From positions 1-64,000 of IMG/VR virus record IMGVR_UViG_3300017917_004390: 64,000 nucleotides of DNA; one strand, given 5' to 3'. This DNA is from a virus. This document shows positions 29,688-40,496 of this stretch, piece by piece. Below the pieces are notes generated by a model. That model searched no databases, had not been told where the DNA came from, and worked only from the letters and a program-made list of their open reading frames with translations. Numbering within the stretch: the stretch's first letter is position 1; every line of letters starts with the position of its first letter. The translations under genes and the position numbers were made by a program.

Positions 29688-30747
29688 TATCTTCAGGTTC
29701 AGTTAATAAAACATCATCATCACCATCTTCAATATCAAATTCAAGTTTTTCATCAGCTGTTCCACCTAAAACTTGCATAAAATAATCTAAGTTTTTCTTT
29801 AGGTAAGCATCAATTTCTTTTTTATCATCTTTAATATAACCATCTGGAACTACAATTAATTTACCTGATAACGAAAGTCCAGTAACGTGATTTTTATCAA
29901 CAGCTACACTAACTCTACTACCGTAAGTAATAGTTTTACTACCCTTTTTAACTGTAATTTTATTTAAACCAGCGTTAGCAATATTTCCAAATTGAATTAC
30001 AAAAATTGAATCGTAATATTGGGTTGTTCCACCTTTTGGTTGCATTTTTGGTTTACCCATTGGGTTATCAGGTTTAGCAACCCAAACTTTGTTTACGCAA
30101 ATCAATGAATTAGTATATTCAGAGGTACTTCTTCTTGAAGCGGTAATTCTTTGGTTAACCGAACCACCGAATTGTGTTGACATCGCACCAGCATTCCACT
30201 CATTATTTGATTTACCTTTTTCAACAGACATTAAACAAGGTACTGAACCTACTGAATCCCAAAAGAAATCTAAATCATATGGTAGTTTACCTTTTTCTTG
30301 GTCATCTAATAATCTATTAATGAATTGAGCTACATCTTCAATAGTTTTCAATGTTGATTTATCAACATAAATAAAATTACCTTCATAATTAACTTCACCA
30401 GTTGTTTCATCAACTACCTCATCATATTGAACACCTAGCATTTTAGCGTGTCCCCAAGACCATTTCATCTCAGTAATAATAAATACGGGTAATCTACCTC
30501 TTCTTTGTGAATCAGCAGCCGCTAATAACATTGCGGTTGATTTTGATGTGTTTGAATGTCCCATTAATACGGTTACACCACCAATAGGTATCCCCGGTAC
30601 ACCAGTTAATTCTTTAAATGCTGAACCTAATTCAAACCATTCAACAGGTTTAAATGATGTATTATCTACATTAGTTTTCTTTTTATAATCAGATAATGAA
30701 AATGTTTTCTTTTTTAATGTTGGTTCTTTAGTAAATGTTGAAGCCAT
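29680..30747 (-). CDS. RecA/UvsX-like recombinase
   Basis: 'GIPIGGV..L.GHSNTSKST', 'FIITE', 'WDSVG', 'PKGG', 'KNH'; ATG at 30747 preferred because the GTG at 30771 lies in a terminator hairpin. Confidence 0.85.
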   Translation of the reverse strand: MASTFTKEPTLKKKTFSLSDYKKKTNVDNTSFKPVEWFELGSAFKELTGVPGIPIGGVTVLMGHSNTSKSTAMLLAAADSQRRGRLPVFIITEMKWSWGHAKMLGVQYDEVVDETTGEVNYEGNFIYVDKSTLKTIEDVAQFINRLLDDQEKGKLPYDLDFFWDSVGSVPCLMSVEKGKSNNEWNAGAMSTQFGGSVNQRITASRRSTSEYTNSLICVNKVWVAKPDNPMGKPKMQPKGGTTQYYDSIFVIQFGNIANAGLNKITVKKGSKTITYGSRVSVAVDKNHVTGLSLSGKLIVVPDGYIKDDKKEIDAYLKKNLDYFMQVLGGTADEKLEFDIEDGDDDVLLTEPEDNE

Positions 30748-30760
30748 AATATATGGGTAT

Positions 30761-30798
30761 AAAAAATCCACCCACTAACATTAGTGGTTAATGGGTGG
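30761..30798 (-). terminator. Rho-independent terminator/attenuator between ssb and recA
   Basis: Minus strand CCACCCATTAAC-cactaat-GTTAGTGGGTGG (12-bp stem with one G-U pair) followed by ATTTTTT. Confidence 0.75.
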
Positions 30799-30815
30799 TT
30801 ATAAAATTATTTTGT

Positions 30816-31688
30816 TTAGAACGGTAAATCGTCGTCCTCTAATGGTTTAGTAGTATTTTCTTCAAATGTAGAAGGGGGTACAAAACTAGCTGAATTTGAA
30901 TAAGCTCCGTGAATATCGTCGTCATCATCTTCATCATCTACGCTAGGTGCTGAGGAAGTGTATTGAGGTATTGAATTTTTATCAATACTGTATTGATTAT
31001 GAAATTGTTTAAGGTAATCATTAATTTTATTAATCATCTCAATAAAAAACGTTTGTTGTTTCTTAGTTTTATTGATTTCATTACCTTCTTCATCCGTTTC
31101 AAACGCCTTAGGGATTTCAGTAATTTTATAACCCCAATCAAATTTAGTATTTTCTTCTTTATATACACCATAATTTTTAGAATTAGCTACCCAATTAGCA
31201 GCATTTCTAACATACAATGCTATATTCTTTTTCTTAGGGTCTTTTTCATTATCACTTACATAGAAGTAGAATTTTAAATAACCAAAAGGTTTATTATCTT
31301 TTACATGACCATAAAATGAATTTAGAATACTAAACAACATTGGTTGTACAGATTTCTTTTGTGTAATAAAATCCATATCAAGTTGATAATTATTATCAGC
31401 ATCATCAACTAATACAAATTGTACTAATGGTTTAGGTTGTTTTTGACCATTTACTTCAATAAAATTATCAGCTTTATATTTAATTTCTTTCAGATAAGCG
31501 TATAAAACTAATGGGTTACCATTTTTATCTAATAATTTTTTATTTACCCATGTGCCATCAGATGTTCTTTCTGATGTTTCAAAATATTTACCTATAATAG
31601 GTGATTTTCTGTCGTCAGGTACAGCATACTTACTTTTAACTTTAATGTACGTTGTTTTTTTGTAATCGGATGTTGCTTCAAATCCCAT
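30816..31688 (-). CDS. Probable single-stranded DNA-binding protein
   Basis: Acidic tail ending DDDLPF; adjacent to recA, exonuclease and helicase. Confidence 0.7.
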   Translation of the reverse strand: MGFEATSDYKKTTYIKVKSKYAVPDDRKSPIIGKYFETSERTSDGTWVNKKLLDKNGNPLVLYAYLKEIKYKADNFIEVNGQKQPKPLVQFVLVDDADNNYQLDMDFITQKKSVQPMLFSILNSFYGHVKDNKPFGYLKFYFYVSDNEKDPKKKNIALYVRNAANWVANSKNYGVYKEENTKFDWGYKITEIPKAFETDEEGNEINKTKKQQTFFIEMINKINDYLKQFHNQYSIDKNSIPQYTSSAPSVDDEDDDDDIHGAYSNSASFVPPSTFEENTTKPLEDDDLPF

Positions 31689-31765
31689 GTTAATTTTTTT
31701 TTAATGTTAAAAATTTATTTTACGTTAAACTAATATAATGTTTATTTATTATAAATAGTATATTT

Positions 31766-33184
31766 TTATTCTATAATTTTAAAATTTGTTTTATTCGTAT
31801 CACCAATTAAATTATTAAATTCATCATAAAATCCAGCTTCAATAGTATAAAAATTTGGTATAAACCATTTTAAGTCTATAATATCATAAAAAGTATCATT
31901 TAATTTATTAGCAAGAGTCAAGGGTATTACATCTATTTGTTGAGTACCTTGTCTAACATATATTTTATATTTAAGATTTACTTTTAAATTTGTATATATT
32001 TTATTCTCATTTAAAAATTTTGAATTAAAAATTACTTTTTTAATTGAATCATTTCTTAAAACATCATTACTTTTAATACCATTAATACTAATATGAGTTT
32101 TAATACTACTATAATCAAATTCATCCTGATACTCCAATAAAGTGAATGAATTGGTTTGGTTTTTTAACTTGTTATTAATATTAAAATACCAAACATCATT
32201 ATAATTTTGATTTATTTCATAAATATCTGAATCAAAATTAACATCAATATAATAAGTTGAATTAAATTGTTTTTTTATGTTTTCAGTTATTGTTAAAGAT
32301 GTAGTAACAGTAGTTAAAGTTAATGAACTTACAACTTGGTATGTTAAACTTGATATAGTTTGAACTATTTCACCGTTTTGATTTAAGATTTCAACTCTAT
32401 CAACATTTGTTATCGGTTTTGAATAATTAAAAACTAATTTACTATTTGTATCAGAATATAAGTGGCACCTATCATCAATAATTGAGTTATCATATACTGT
32501 TTCAAGATAAGGTTCAAAAAAAGTATAAGTGTATTTACTAAAAAAACTAACTGTATTTCTTACTTGGTCTAATATATTTTCAGTTGAACTACTATATGCG
32601 ATACCAAAACCACTAGTAGTTCCAGCTGAAAATAATATACTATTTATTTTTTCAGTTATATCTAAATCTATATTTTCATTACCAATAACAAATCTTTGTG
32701 TATTTAAGATTGTTAAACCTGTTGATGTATTATCATAACAACCATTAATAGACCAAGGCTGATTATTTTTTCTATTAAACCAGTTTGGTGCTGTTTTATT
32801 AATATTTAAACTAATATTGTCAGTATAAATATAATCATATCCAGTACCTTCATCAAATTCCTCTGGAGATTCAAAAAGTATTAAATCAAAACCAGAAGAA
32901 CGTCTGGATTTAATCATATTAGTACCAATAAGTTCATCGTTAAGATTAATTACGTTTGTAAATTTTAATTTATGAGATAAAATTTTATTATTAGTTATTT
33001 CACCACTATTAATTTTTTCTATTAAAGGGTTTAAATCTATATTAAATAAATATCTACTAACATTAGTACTTGAACTAACAATTGAACCACCATAACTTAA
33101 CTCAATTACTGGGTTTCTACTATTATTAGAATATGAATTTTGTATAATGGTTGCTTGTTTATCAAAATAACTTCTGTGAATCAT
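31766..33184 (-). CDS. Virion structural protein
   Basis: 472 aa, beta-rich; 'SRYLF', 'FDEGTGYD', 'FFSKYT.TFFEPYLE'; preceded by a CTATTTA motif. Confidence 0.5.
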   Translation of the reverse strand: MIHRSYFDKQATIIQNSYSNNSRNPVIELSYGGSIVSSSTNVSRYLFNIDLNPLIEKINSGEITNNKILSHKLKFTNVINLNDELIGTNMIKSRRSSGFDLILFESPEEFDEGTGYDYIYTDNISLNINKTAPNWFNRKNNQPWSINGCYDNTSTGLTILNTQRFVIGNENIDLDITEKINSILFSAGTTSGFGIAYSSSTENILDQVRNTVSFFSKYTYTFFEPYLETVYDNSIIDDRCHLYSDTNSKLVFNYSKPITNVDRVEILNQNGEIVQTISSLTYQVVSSLTLTTVTTSLTITENIKKQFNSTYYIDVNFDSDIYEINQNYNDVWYFNINNKLKNQTNSFTLLEYQDEFDYSSIKTHISINGIKSNDVLRNDSIKKVIFNSKFLNENKIYTNLKVNLKYKIYVRQGTQQIDVIPLTLANKLNDTFYDIIDLKWFIPNFYTIEAGFYDEFNNLIGDTNKTNFKIIE

Positions 33185-33209
33185 TTATGTTTCTATTTTA
33201 TATAAATAG

Positions 33210-33476
33210 TTAAGAAGTTGTTTTAATGAAGTCAAATTTTTTAATAGCACCTTTAATTGTGGGTGATTTCGCCCATGCTCTATGTGTATTAGATATATAC
33301 CAAATTTTACCTTCCGTATCTGTTGATTTCCAAATAGCTATATCATTATCACTCCAAACAGCACCTCTTTCTTTACATATTTTTTTTTCATCATCAGTGA
33401 GTGCAATTTGATGTTTTCTGAATCGTTTTAAAGTGTTTTTTCTTTTATGTTCTAGTAAAAGTGTTCTTAAAAACAT
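33210..33476 (-). CDS. Hypothetical protein
   Basis: 88 aa, coupled to the upstream ORF. Confidence 0.6.
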   Translation of the reverse strand: MFLRTLLLEHKRKNTLKRFRKHQIALTDDEKKICKERGAVWSDNDIAIWKSTDTEGKIWYISNTHRAWAKSPTIKGAIKKFDFIKTTS

Positions 33477-34111
33477 TATAACATATTTTTTATATCATTA
33501 TCAGTTAATTGTCTTCCAATGGTATTATTCTGACCCTTTTGATTCTCATGATATTGAGGTGAATTATAATAGATATTAGGGTTTTCAGCTGAAACTCCAT
33601 TTCTCTTTAAATAGTTTGACCAGTATTCATCAGGTGTTAACCCACCACTAATTTTAACCATTGTATTAAGTTGTTCAATAGGTAGTGGAGGTTCAAGTTT
33701 TTCAACTCTTTTTTCAAGATTATCAACCTTAGGTTCAATAACTTGTTGGATTGAATCAATTTCCATTTTATTATCTTTAACTACATTAGTTAAACGATTT
33801 ACAAAATCAAAAAGTTGGTCAATTTTATTTGACTGTGTTTTTAATAAACTAACTGTAAGAGCATCAACATCATCATCCTTTTTTTCAATTTCAACATCAG
33901 TTTTATTTTCAATTGGCTCAGGAACAACTTGTTCGTTTTCAGTTTCATCTTCTACTGTTGATTCATCACCCATAGCTTTATTAAGATTACTAATAATCTT
34001 TTTATCAAGTTCTTCATTATCAAAGTCATCAGGTTTCTGATTAACTCCACTTTTTATTTGAAATTCAAAAAGGTAATTAAATTTGTCAATATCTGTTAGT
34101 TTTTTTTTCAT
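33476..34111 (-). CDS. Hypothetical acidic/coiled-coil protein (possibly head assembly)
   Basis: 211 aa; acidic linker and coiled coil. Confidence 0.55.
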   Translation of the reverse strand: MKKKLTDIDKFNYLFEFQIKSGVNQKPDDFDNEELDKKIISNLNKAMGDESTVEDETENEQVVPEPIENKTDVEIEKKDDDVDALTVSLLKTQSNKIDQLFDFVNRLTNVVKDNKMEIDSIQQVIEPKVDNLEKRVEKLEPPLPIEQLNTMVKISGGLTPDEYWSNYLKRNGVSAENPNIYYNSPQYHENQKGQNNTIGRQLTDNDIKNML

Positions 34112-34134
34112 CTATAATAATGTTATTATTAATA

Positions 34135-34308
34135 TTATTTATAGTATACTTCTTTTAGTAATTGACGACCATCACTAGTGACCATTTTTTTGTCTAATAA
34201 TTCATATCGTTCAATCAACCCATCTTTTTCAGTAATTATAACCTGCTCGTCATCAATATTTAGAGCCTGTTTTAATTTTTTTTCCATTTCTTTATCTTTA
34301 GGTTCCAT
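34135..34308 (-). CDS. Small protein missing from the ORF track (57 aa, MEPKDKEMEKKLKQ...DGRQLLKEVYYK)
   Basis: Translated by hand; ATG 14 nt downstream of a CTATTTA motif; same strand as its neighbours. Confidence 0.65.
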   Translation of the reverse strand: MEPKDKEMEKKLKQALNIDDEQVIITEKDGLIERYELLDKKMVTSDGRQLLKEVYYK

Positions 34309-34332
34309 AACTATTTTTATATTAAATAGTTA

Positions 34333-34965
34333 TTATTTTTTTAGATTTATAAAAAATGGTATATTTTTTTCTAATATAAAACGGTCCATGTTAGGAAATA
34401 AAGAAATGAAAAAATCTCTAACTTCACCCTTTTTATCTATAAGACAGTTAAAATTGTTATTAAGATATGTCAAAAATTCTAATTTAATATCTTCAAATAT
34501 TTGATAATTTCTAATATCTATTATATAAATTAAGTCCGTATAAATATATACGGTATTGTTATAATAATAAATATTTTTTACTGTTTCTTGATTAAAGAAG
34601 TCAATAACTTTGTCAATATTATCAAACTCAGGGGTAAAAAATGGGTCAATTATTTTAAATTTATTATCAACTATCAATAAATCAGGTATAACATTAAGAA
34701 ACTCTTTAAATCCATTAATAAAATAATTTAAAAATTCTTTAGGGTTAAAACACCAATATGTTTTATTATTAATTTTATAATTTTCAATTTCTATATTAGG
34801 ATAAATAGATTTAGCATATTCATAACCAACTATTAATGTTGGAATTTCATCATTAATATAATTAGAATGAAAATGTAAATATTTAAGCAATGAACTATAT
34901 TCATAAAAAGTATTTAAATAATTATCATCTTTTGATAAGCCGCAAACATTAGCTATTTTATACAT
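34333..34965 (-). CDS. Hypothetical protein
   Basis: 210 aa, coupled to the upstream gene. Confidence 0.6.
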   Translation of the reverse strand: MYKIANVCGLSKDDNYLNTFYEYSSLLKYLHFHSNYINDEIPTLIVGYEYAKSIYPNIEIENYKINNKTYWCFNPKEFLNYFINGFKEFLNVIPDLLIVDNKFKIIDPFFTPEFDNIDKVIDFFNQETVKNIYYYNNTVYIYTDLIYIIDIRNYQIFEDIKLEFLTYLNNNFNCLIDKKGEVRDFFISLFPNMDRFILEKNIPFFINLKK

Positions 34966-37900
34966 TATAATGAATTAATACGTTGATAATCATAAACTCC
35001 GTTTCTAATATACCCATATTTTTTCATAAATTTCTCAACTTGCATTATAACCCCTGATAATATTTCATCATAATTTGGTGCGGCTGCATATCCATCTAAT
35101 TTCATCATTTCAGCTATTTTATAATATAAATCAGGGTCAGAATATTGAGGTTCACCTTTATTTTGTAAATTATTATTTACTAATATATTAATATTTCTAT
35201 AGATGTTTGATTTAGGGTTTAATAATAAGTCACTTAATGCTTTCACACCTTCATACCTAGTTTTATAAGCTCTGAACTTGGCAATATAAACTACTATATA
35301 ATTATTAGTAGTACCTTTCATTTTCTGTGTTTGACCTATTTCTTTTTGTTTTAAATCAAAAATTACCGGTTCAGTTATTATATTACCGTTTTCAAAATAT
35401 TTTGAATCTGTAGTGATTCGGTTATTAACTGTCTTTACTAGTTCACCTTTATGATTATAAAAACCAAGTATATTATTTACTCCGGTATAATTAATATCGT
35501 TTGTTGATAAACTATCTTTATTTGATTTATATATATCACTATTTTCTTTAACTTTTGAGGCTTTTACTATATTAAAATAGATATTATATTTATCATCTGT
35601 TAATAATTTTTCATCACCGCTTTCAAGTATCATAGTAGCTAATGTATTTATAGCTGGAAATCCTGTTTGTTTTTGTACATCGAAAGCATCTTTAAGGTAT
35701 TTATTAATAACATTTTCTCTTCTATTACCACCAGTGTTTAAATCTTTATCTCTATCAGTTTTTATATTAGGTTTTCTAACAAAAATAGTACTATTAAAGG
35801 TAGAAAGAATATCCTCATTAATTTTATTAATAGTATTAGTATATTTATTATTTTTATTGTATAACATATAAGGTTGGTCAACAATAGGTAATGTGTTTCT
35901 ACTAATTCTATAAGCTTTAAATGATGTTTTTAACTGATTTGACGAATCAATTGAATGTGTTGTTGAATATAACATATAAAATCCATTGAAAAGCGGGTTA
36001 TTTGTTAAAACACAGTATTGTGTTGGCTGTATAGTCATACAGCCATGTGGTATTGTTGAAGAAATACTATAACTTCTTTTTTTATACAATGTTAATAAAG
36101 ATTGACCTTTTGGTAAACTAAAGCTATTACTCTGGTTATTAATAATACTAGATGTAATTCTTAAAGATTCATCAGTATTTTTATAATCTTCAGTACTAAA
36201 TCTAAAATCATTAAAAAATGCTTGATTTTGTATGCCAGTATAATTAATAATAAAACCTCTAACATTAGTATTTAGTAAATCAGAAGGTATATTATCAATT
36301 GTGACTCCATCATCAGGTATTAAATCATTTGTTTTAAGTGATTTGGACAGTCCTCCCACATAAATACATAAAAATTGTGGTTGAGTGTTTTGAACTTTAA
36401 TTTCATTTGATAACCGAAATCCATCTGACCATTTTTTAGGGTCATTAAATAAACCTAAATTTTGAAAAGGATAAAACCAAAAATTATTCTTGGTCAATAT
36501 ATTTGAAATAACTGAAAGTACTGACATTTTACTATCAGTTGAATCATCAATCATACTACTAAGGTCTAATATGCACTTTTTAGATATATCATTAAAGTTT
36601 CTATCAACAAAATTAAAAGTATCAATAGTTTTAGTATTATTACCATTAACCCTTGCATAATAATTCTCATATATCATCTGAAAACTATTATATAATTCAA
36701 GTTTTAAATCATTATCTAACACATTGGACTGAAATTCTTTACTTAATTCAGCTATTCTTTTATTATCTGATGTTATTTGAGAATTTAATTCCGTTAATAA
36801 ACTAAAAAAGTACTTATTAAATAAAGTATTACCCAATAAATTATTAGGTACAAATTTGTTTGTATCATCAACATAATTAATATTAGGTTCTGAATCACCA
36901 AAAACTGATGTATCATTAACCACAATATAATATTTACCCTCAAACCTGTTGGTTTCAGTATTAAAAACACCGAATATATCATTAATAATATCAGTTTCTT
37001 TTTTACTCCTATTTTTATTAAAGGCTATTAAAGTATCATTATTTATATTATAAGAAGATAAAAAATCAGAATAAACTTTAATACAGTTTTTGAAAAAATT
37101 ACTGCTCTTATAAAATATTAAACTTGAAGATAAAAATATATTTGATTTGATAGTGAAATATACATTATTATCTAATTGCTCAGATAAAAATCTATAACCT
37201 AAATTTAATATTAAACCTAATGGAACTTCTAAAATTGAATTTTTACTAAATCTAAAACTATTATACTTACCAAATAATAATATTAAATCTTTGAATTTAA
37301 TATTATTATCAATATTAATATCTTTTTCATTATAAATTTGAGTAATATCAGAACTTTCAACAATAAAATCACTTACTGTATCTACAGTAAGGTTATCTTT
37401 AACAAAAAGTATATTTTCCTTAGTGTAAACTTGTGATTTATTTTTAATAAATGTATTTAAAAGACTATTATCGTTAGTAGTTGTATTATCAACTAAATCA
37501 ATATTAATCTCATCATCTGAAAATAATAATAAACTATTAACATCGGATGAATAATTAGTGAAAGTTGTATTACCTATATTAATATTTGACGTGCCAAATT
37601 TTGTTGTTTGTGAATAAACTTCGGTTGTTGATGGGTTATTAAGTAAATAATTACCAACATTTGATTCACTACGAATATCTCTGTATAAATTACTAAAAAA
37701 ATTCTTAGTTTGTTTATTATCTTTAATTGATGTTAATATATTAATAGCTTCATCTTTAGATTTTTGTAATAAAAAATCATTATCAAACTCAATATGATTA
37801 GTTCCTTTATTAATAAAAACAATATATCTTAGTATTATTAATTTTAATAGTTCATTAACATTATTAGTATTACTAAGATAAGGATTTATTAATTCGGGTT

Positions 37901-39452
37901 CATTAAAAATATTATAGTTTTTGTAGTATTCATAAGGATTTAATGGGATATAATTATTAGGATTATTAATATTTGGATTGTTAAGTGTATCTTCATAGAG
38001 TTTTTCATTAATTTGTTCATTAACCATTGATTGAACAAATTTTTCAATAAATTGAACCTCAGGCCAAGTTTTAAAAGCTGGTATTGAACCAGGATAAACT
38101 AAATTATTATTGTTAACAACAGTGGGAAATCCTAACTTACCAATAATATTAGGTACATTTCTATTCTGATTAGAACCTAAATCACCAGAAGTTTTAATTT
38201 CATTAATCAAATAATCATAATCATTCATTAAAACTTTAAAAACATTATAGGCTGTTTGTTTTTCATTATCACCTAAAAATTTTCTAGTTACATTTGTAAT
38301 TTTAGTTTCTAATTCTTGATTAAAAGTTTTACTTTTATTTAATACCTCATTTCTAAGATTTTCGATATAAGAAAATAAATCTCTATATTCAAGAGTAATT
38401 TTATTATAAGATGTATTATATATAATTTGAATTAAATCCCTAGGTGCATCATTTTGTTCTAATGAATTTCTAAATGATTGTTGTATAGCATCAAAATAAG
38501 GTTTATATTCATCTTTATTTGTAGGATATTTTAGATTAACCAAATTAAAAATTAACTGTCTACCTTTATTTGAGTTTACAACATTATTAGTTATATCATT
38601 TATTATATTTTCATTTGGATTCAATATTTGAGTTAAATCCGATTTAATAGATTCTTTACTAATATATGAGTTTAATAAATCTGTTAAATTGTTATAAATA
38701 CTAGTTTTAGATTCTATTTCATTCCTTTTTCTTTTTTCTTCATCACTTTCTTCAATTCTCTTAATATTGTTATAAAGAGATTTTAATCTATAAAGTAAAT
38801 CGTAGACACTAACAACCTCACCATCTGATGTACTTTTAAGTCCTTTGTAAAAATGAACAGCCTTTAGATAATTGAAAAGTATATCAGTCATACTACTAAA
38901 TTTATCGCCAACAAATTTAGCTTTAATAATATGATTTCCACTATTTGAATCCACTTCAACTGTGGTGTTACCTTGAATCATTAATCTAAATTCAACAAGC
39001 GGTCCGTAAGCACCTTTAATTCTTAATTTAAAAATTGGAGGTGGTAAATCAAAAAGTGAATTAAATTTACTATTTGAATCTTGAATACTATTACCTTTTA
39101 CATCAATAAAAGTTATATTAACTATTGGTATTTTATTTGCATCAATATTTATATTGATATCTTGAATACCAAAACCTTCATATGTATCATTAGTTGTATC
39201 TGGTCCAACAATATATTCAGTATATCTAGTTGAATAATATTTATCATCAGAATTAATAAAACCTTGTAAATTAATAGTTTCTGGTTTAGAATTAGAAACA
39301 TCAATAGTATTATCTGAACCAATATTTATAATTGATTTACTTCTTTTATAAATTAATAATTCTACAAAAGGTTTAATATCTTCAATTTTATTGATAAGAT
39401 TATAGATATCAGTATTATCAATATCATTAGGATTTATTAAATAGTTATTCAT
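34965..39452 (-). CDS. Large baseplate hub/tail protein with C-terminal GH73 (FlgJ-like) peptidoglycan hydrolase
   Basis: 1495 aa; C-terminal 'LATMILESG', 'YFNI', 'FRAY', 'GYAAAPNY' GH73 motifs; near the tape measure gene. Confidence 0.7.
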   Translation of the reverse strand: MNNYLINPNDIDNTDIYNLINKIEDIKPFVELLIYKRSKSIINIGSDNTIDVSNSKPETINLQGFINSDDKYYSTRYTEYIVGPDTTNDTYEGFGIQDININIDANKIPIVNITFIDVKGNSIQDSNSKFNSLFDLPPPIFKLRIKGAYGPLVEFRLMIQGNTTVEVDSNSGNHIIKAKFVGDKFSSMTDILFNYLKAVHFYKGLKSTSDGEVVSVYDLLYRLKSLYNNIKRIEESDEEKRKRNEIESKTSIYNNLTDLLNSYISKESIKSDLTQILNPNENIINDITNNVVNSNKGRQLIFNLVNLKYPTNKDEYKPYFDAIQQSFRNSLEQNDAPRDLIQIIYNTSYNKITLEYRDLFSYIENLRNEVLNKSKTFNQELETKITNVTRKFLGDNEKQTAYNVFKVLMNDYDYLINEIKTSGDLGSNQNRNVPNIIGKLGFPTVVNNNNLVYPGSIPAFKTWPEVQFIEKFVQSMVNEQINEKLYEDTLNNPNINNPNNYIPLNPYEYYKNYNIFNEPELINPYLSNTNNVNELLKLIILRYIVFINKGTNHIEFDNDFLLQKSKDEAINILTSIKDNKQTKNFFSNLYRDIRSESNVGNYLLNNPSTTEVYSQTTKFGTSNINIGNTTFTNYSSDVNSLLLFSDDEINIDLVDNTTTNDNSLLNTFIKNKSQVYTKENILFVKDNLTVDTVSDFIVESSDITQIYNEKDINIDNNIKFKDLILLFGKYNSFRFSKNSILEVPLGLILNLGYRFLSEQLDNNVYFTIKSNIFLSSSLIFYKSSNFFKNCIKVYSDFLSSYNINNDTLIAFNKNRSKKETDIINDIFGVFNTETNRFEGKYYIVVNDTSVFGDSEPNINYVDDTNKFVPNNLLGNTLFNKYFFSLLTELNSQITSDNKRIAELSKEFQSNVLDNDLKLELYNSFQMIYENYYARVNGNNTKTIDTFNFVDRNFNDISKKCILDLSSMIDDSTDSKMSVLSVISNILTKNNFWFYPFQNLGLFNDPKKWSDGFRLSNEIKVQNTQPQFLCIYVGGLSKSLKTNDLIPDDGVTIDNIPSDLLNTNVRGFIINYTGIQNQAFFNDFRFSTEDYKNTDESLRITSSIINNQSNSFSLPKGQSLLTLYKKRSYSISSTIPHGCMTIQPTQYCVLTNNPLFNGFYMLYSTTHSIDSSNQLKTSFKAYRISRNTLPIVDQPYMLYNKNNKYTNTINKINEDILSTFNSTIFVRKPNIKTDRDKDLNTGGNRRENVINKYLKDAFDVQKQTGFPAINTLATMILESGDEKLLTDDKYNIYFNIVKASKVKENSDIYKSNKDSLSTNDINYTGVNNILGFYNHKGELVKTVNNRITTDSKYFENGNIITEPVIFDLKQKEIGQTQKMKGTTNNYIVVYIAKFRAYKTRYEGVKALSDLLLNPKSNIYRNINILVNNNLQNKGEPQYSDPDLYYKIAEMMKLDGYAAAPNYDEILSGVIMQVEKFMKKYGYIRNGVYDYQRINSL

Positions 39453-39551
39453 CTTATTGTTAATATACTATATTTAGTTAAAATATGATTTAATAAACAG
39501 TTGGGTATTTTTTTTTAATAAACCAAGGTTTATATGGTTCACGTTTTGTCA

Positions 39552-40463
39552 TTAAAAAATCAAAGGTCTTTTCGTTAAAATTATATTAGTTTCAATTCTA
39601 TCATACATTTGTTCAAATACACCAATACCGTTAGAAGTTTTTAAAAATCTAAGTTTGTGATATATATCTGGATGTGCTTCTGAAATTAAATGTCTTTGAG
39701 AATCATCTTTGATGTTGAAATGATGTTTTACAACTTGTTCTCTTTTAAGCAGATTTTTTCTTTCGGAACTATGTTTGTATTTAACACCCCAAGATTTACT
39801 TCTATTAAATGTTGAAGATATTAAGCTATTTGAAACACCTAAGTATGCTAAATCGTTATCAATTACTGTTATCTTACAAAGTTTTTTTGGAACACCAAGT
39901 TTATATTCTCGTTTTGCTGATTTACAGTAGAATTCTTTAATAACGTTATCTTTATACTTATGTTTATTTTTTAATTTTTCATAAATGTCCTTTTCTTTTG
40001 GATTATCAGTAAAATATGTCTCTAAGATTTGTTCTTCTTTTGTATATTTTTGATTTTTAATTAACAAAGCCTCCTTAGCTGTGAAAATTAATTCTTTTAG
40101 ATTTTTAATTTCATTTTTATACAAAATAAAACTATAACGGTTGATAATCTCATAATTACCTGTTAAGTTATAAAATTTCTTTCTTAACTTATCCAAACCT
40201 ATTAGAAAATAAACACCGTTATGATTTTTAGTTATTAAACCTAAATCCAATAAAATGTCAAAATTTCTGTTAAACGTTCTAATTGAAATGTCAAGATAAT
40301 TTGAAACGTCCTCTTTTATTTTTTTATTTAATTTGAAATTCCCTGATGTACAAAAATTAATACCCACATACAATTTGTATGAGTTGAATAACTTAGTACT
40401 ACCACTCATAAAATGAGATGATAGACCAATAGGTATTTTTATGTAATCTTTATTAAATTTCAA
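39552..40463 (-). CDS. Hypothetical basic protein with possible winged HTH
   Basis: 'VSNYLDISIRTFNRNFDILLDLGLI' HTH-like segment; TTG start. Confidence 0.45.
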   Translation of the reverse strand: MKFNKDYIKIPIGLSSHFMSGSTKLFNSYKLYVGINFCTSGNFKLNKKIKEDVSNYLDISIRTFNRNFDILLDLGLITKNHNGVYFLIGLDKLRKKFYNLTGNYEIINRYSFILYKNEIKNLKELIFTAKEALLIKNQKYTKEEQILETYFTDNPKEKDIYEKLKNKHKYKDNVIKEFYCKSAKREYKLGVPKKLCKITVIDNDLAYLGVSNSLISSTFNRSKSWGVKYKHSSERKNLLKREQVVKHHFNIKDDSQRHLISEAHPDIYHKLRFLKTSNGIGVFEQMYDRIETNIILTKRPLIF

Positions 40464-40496
40464 ATTCCAATATTTTTACTAAGATACGATTTTTAT

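Noticed and set aside
29680-30771. GTG start at 30771 for the recombinase
   Set aside because: It lies inside the terminator hairpin; the ATG at 30747 is more plausible.
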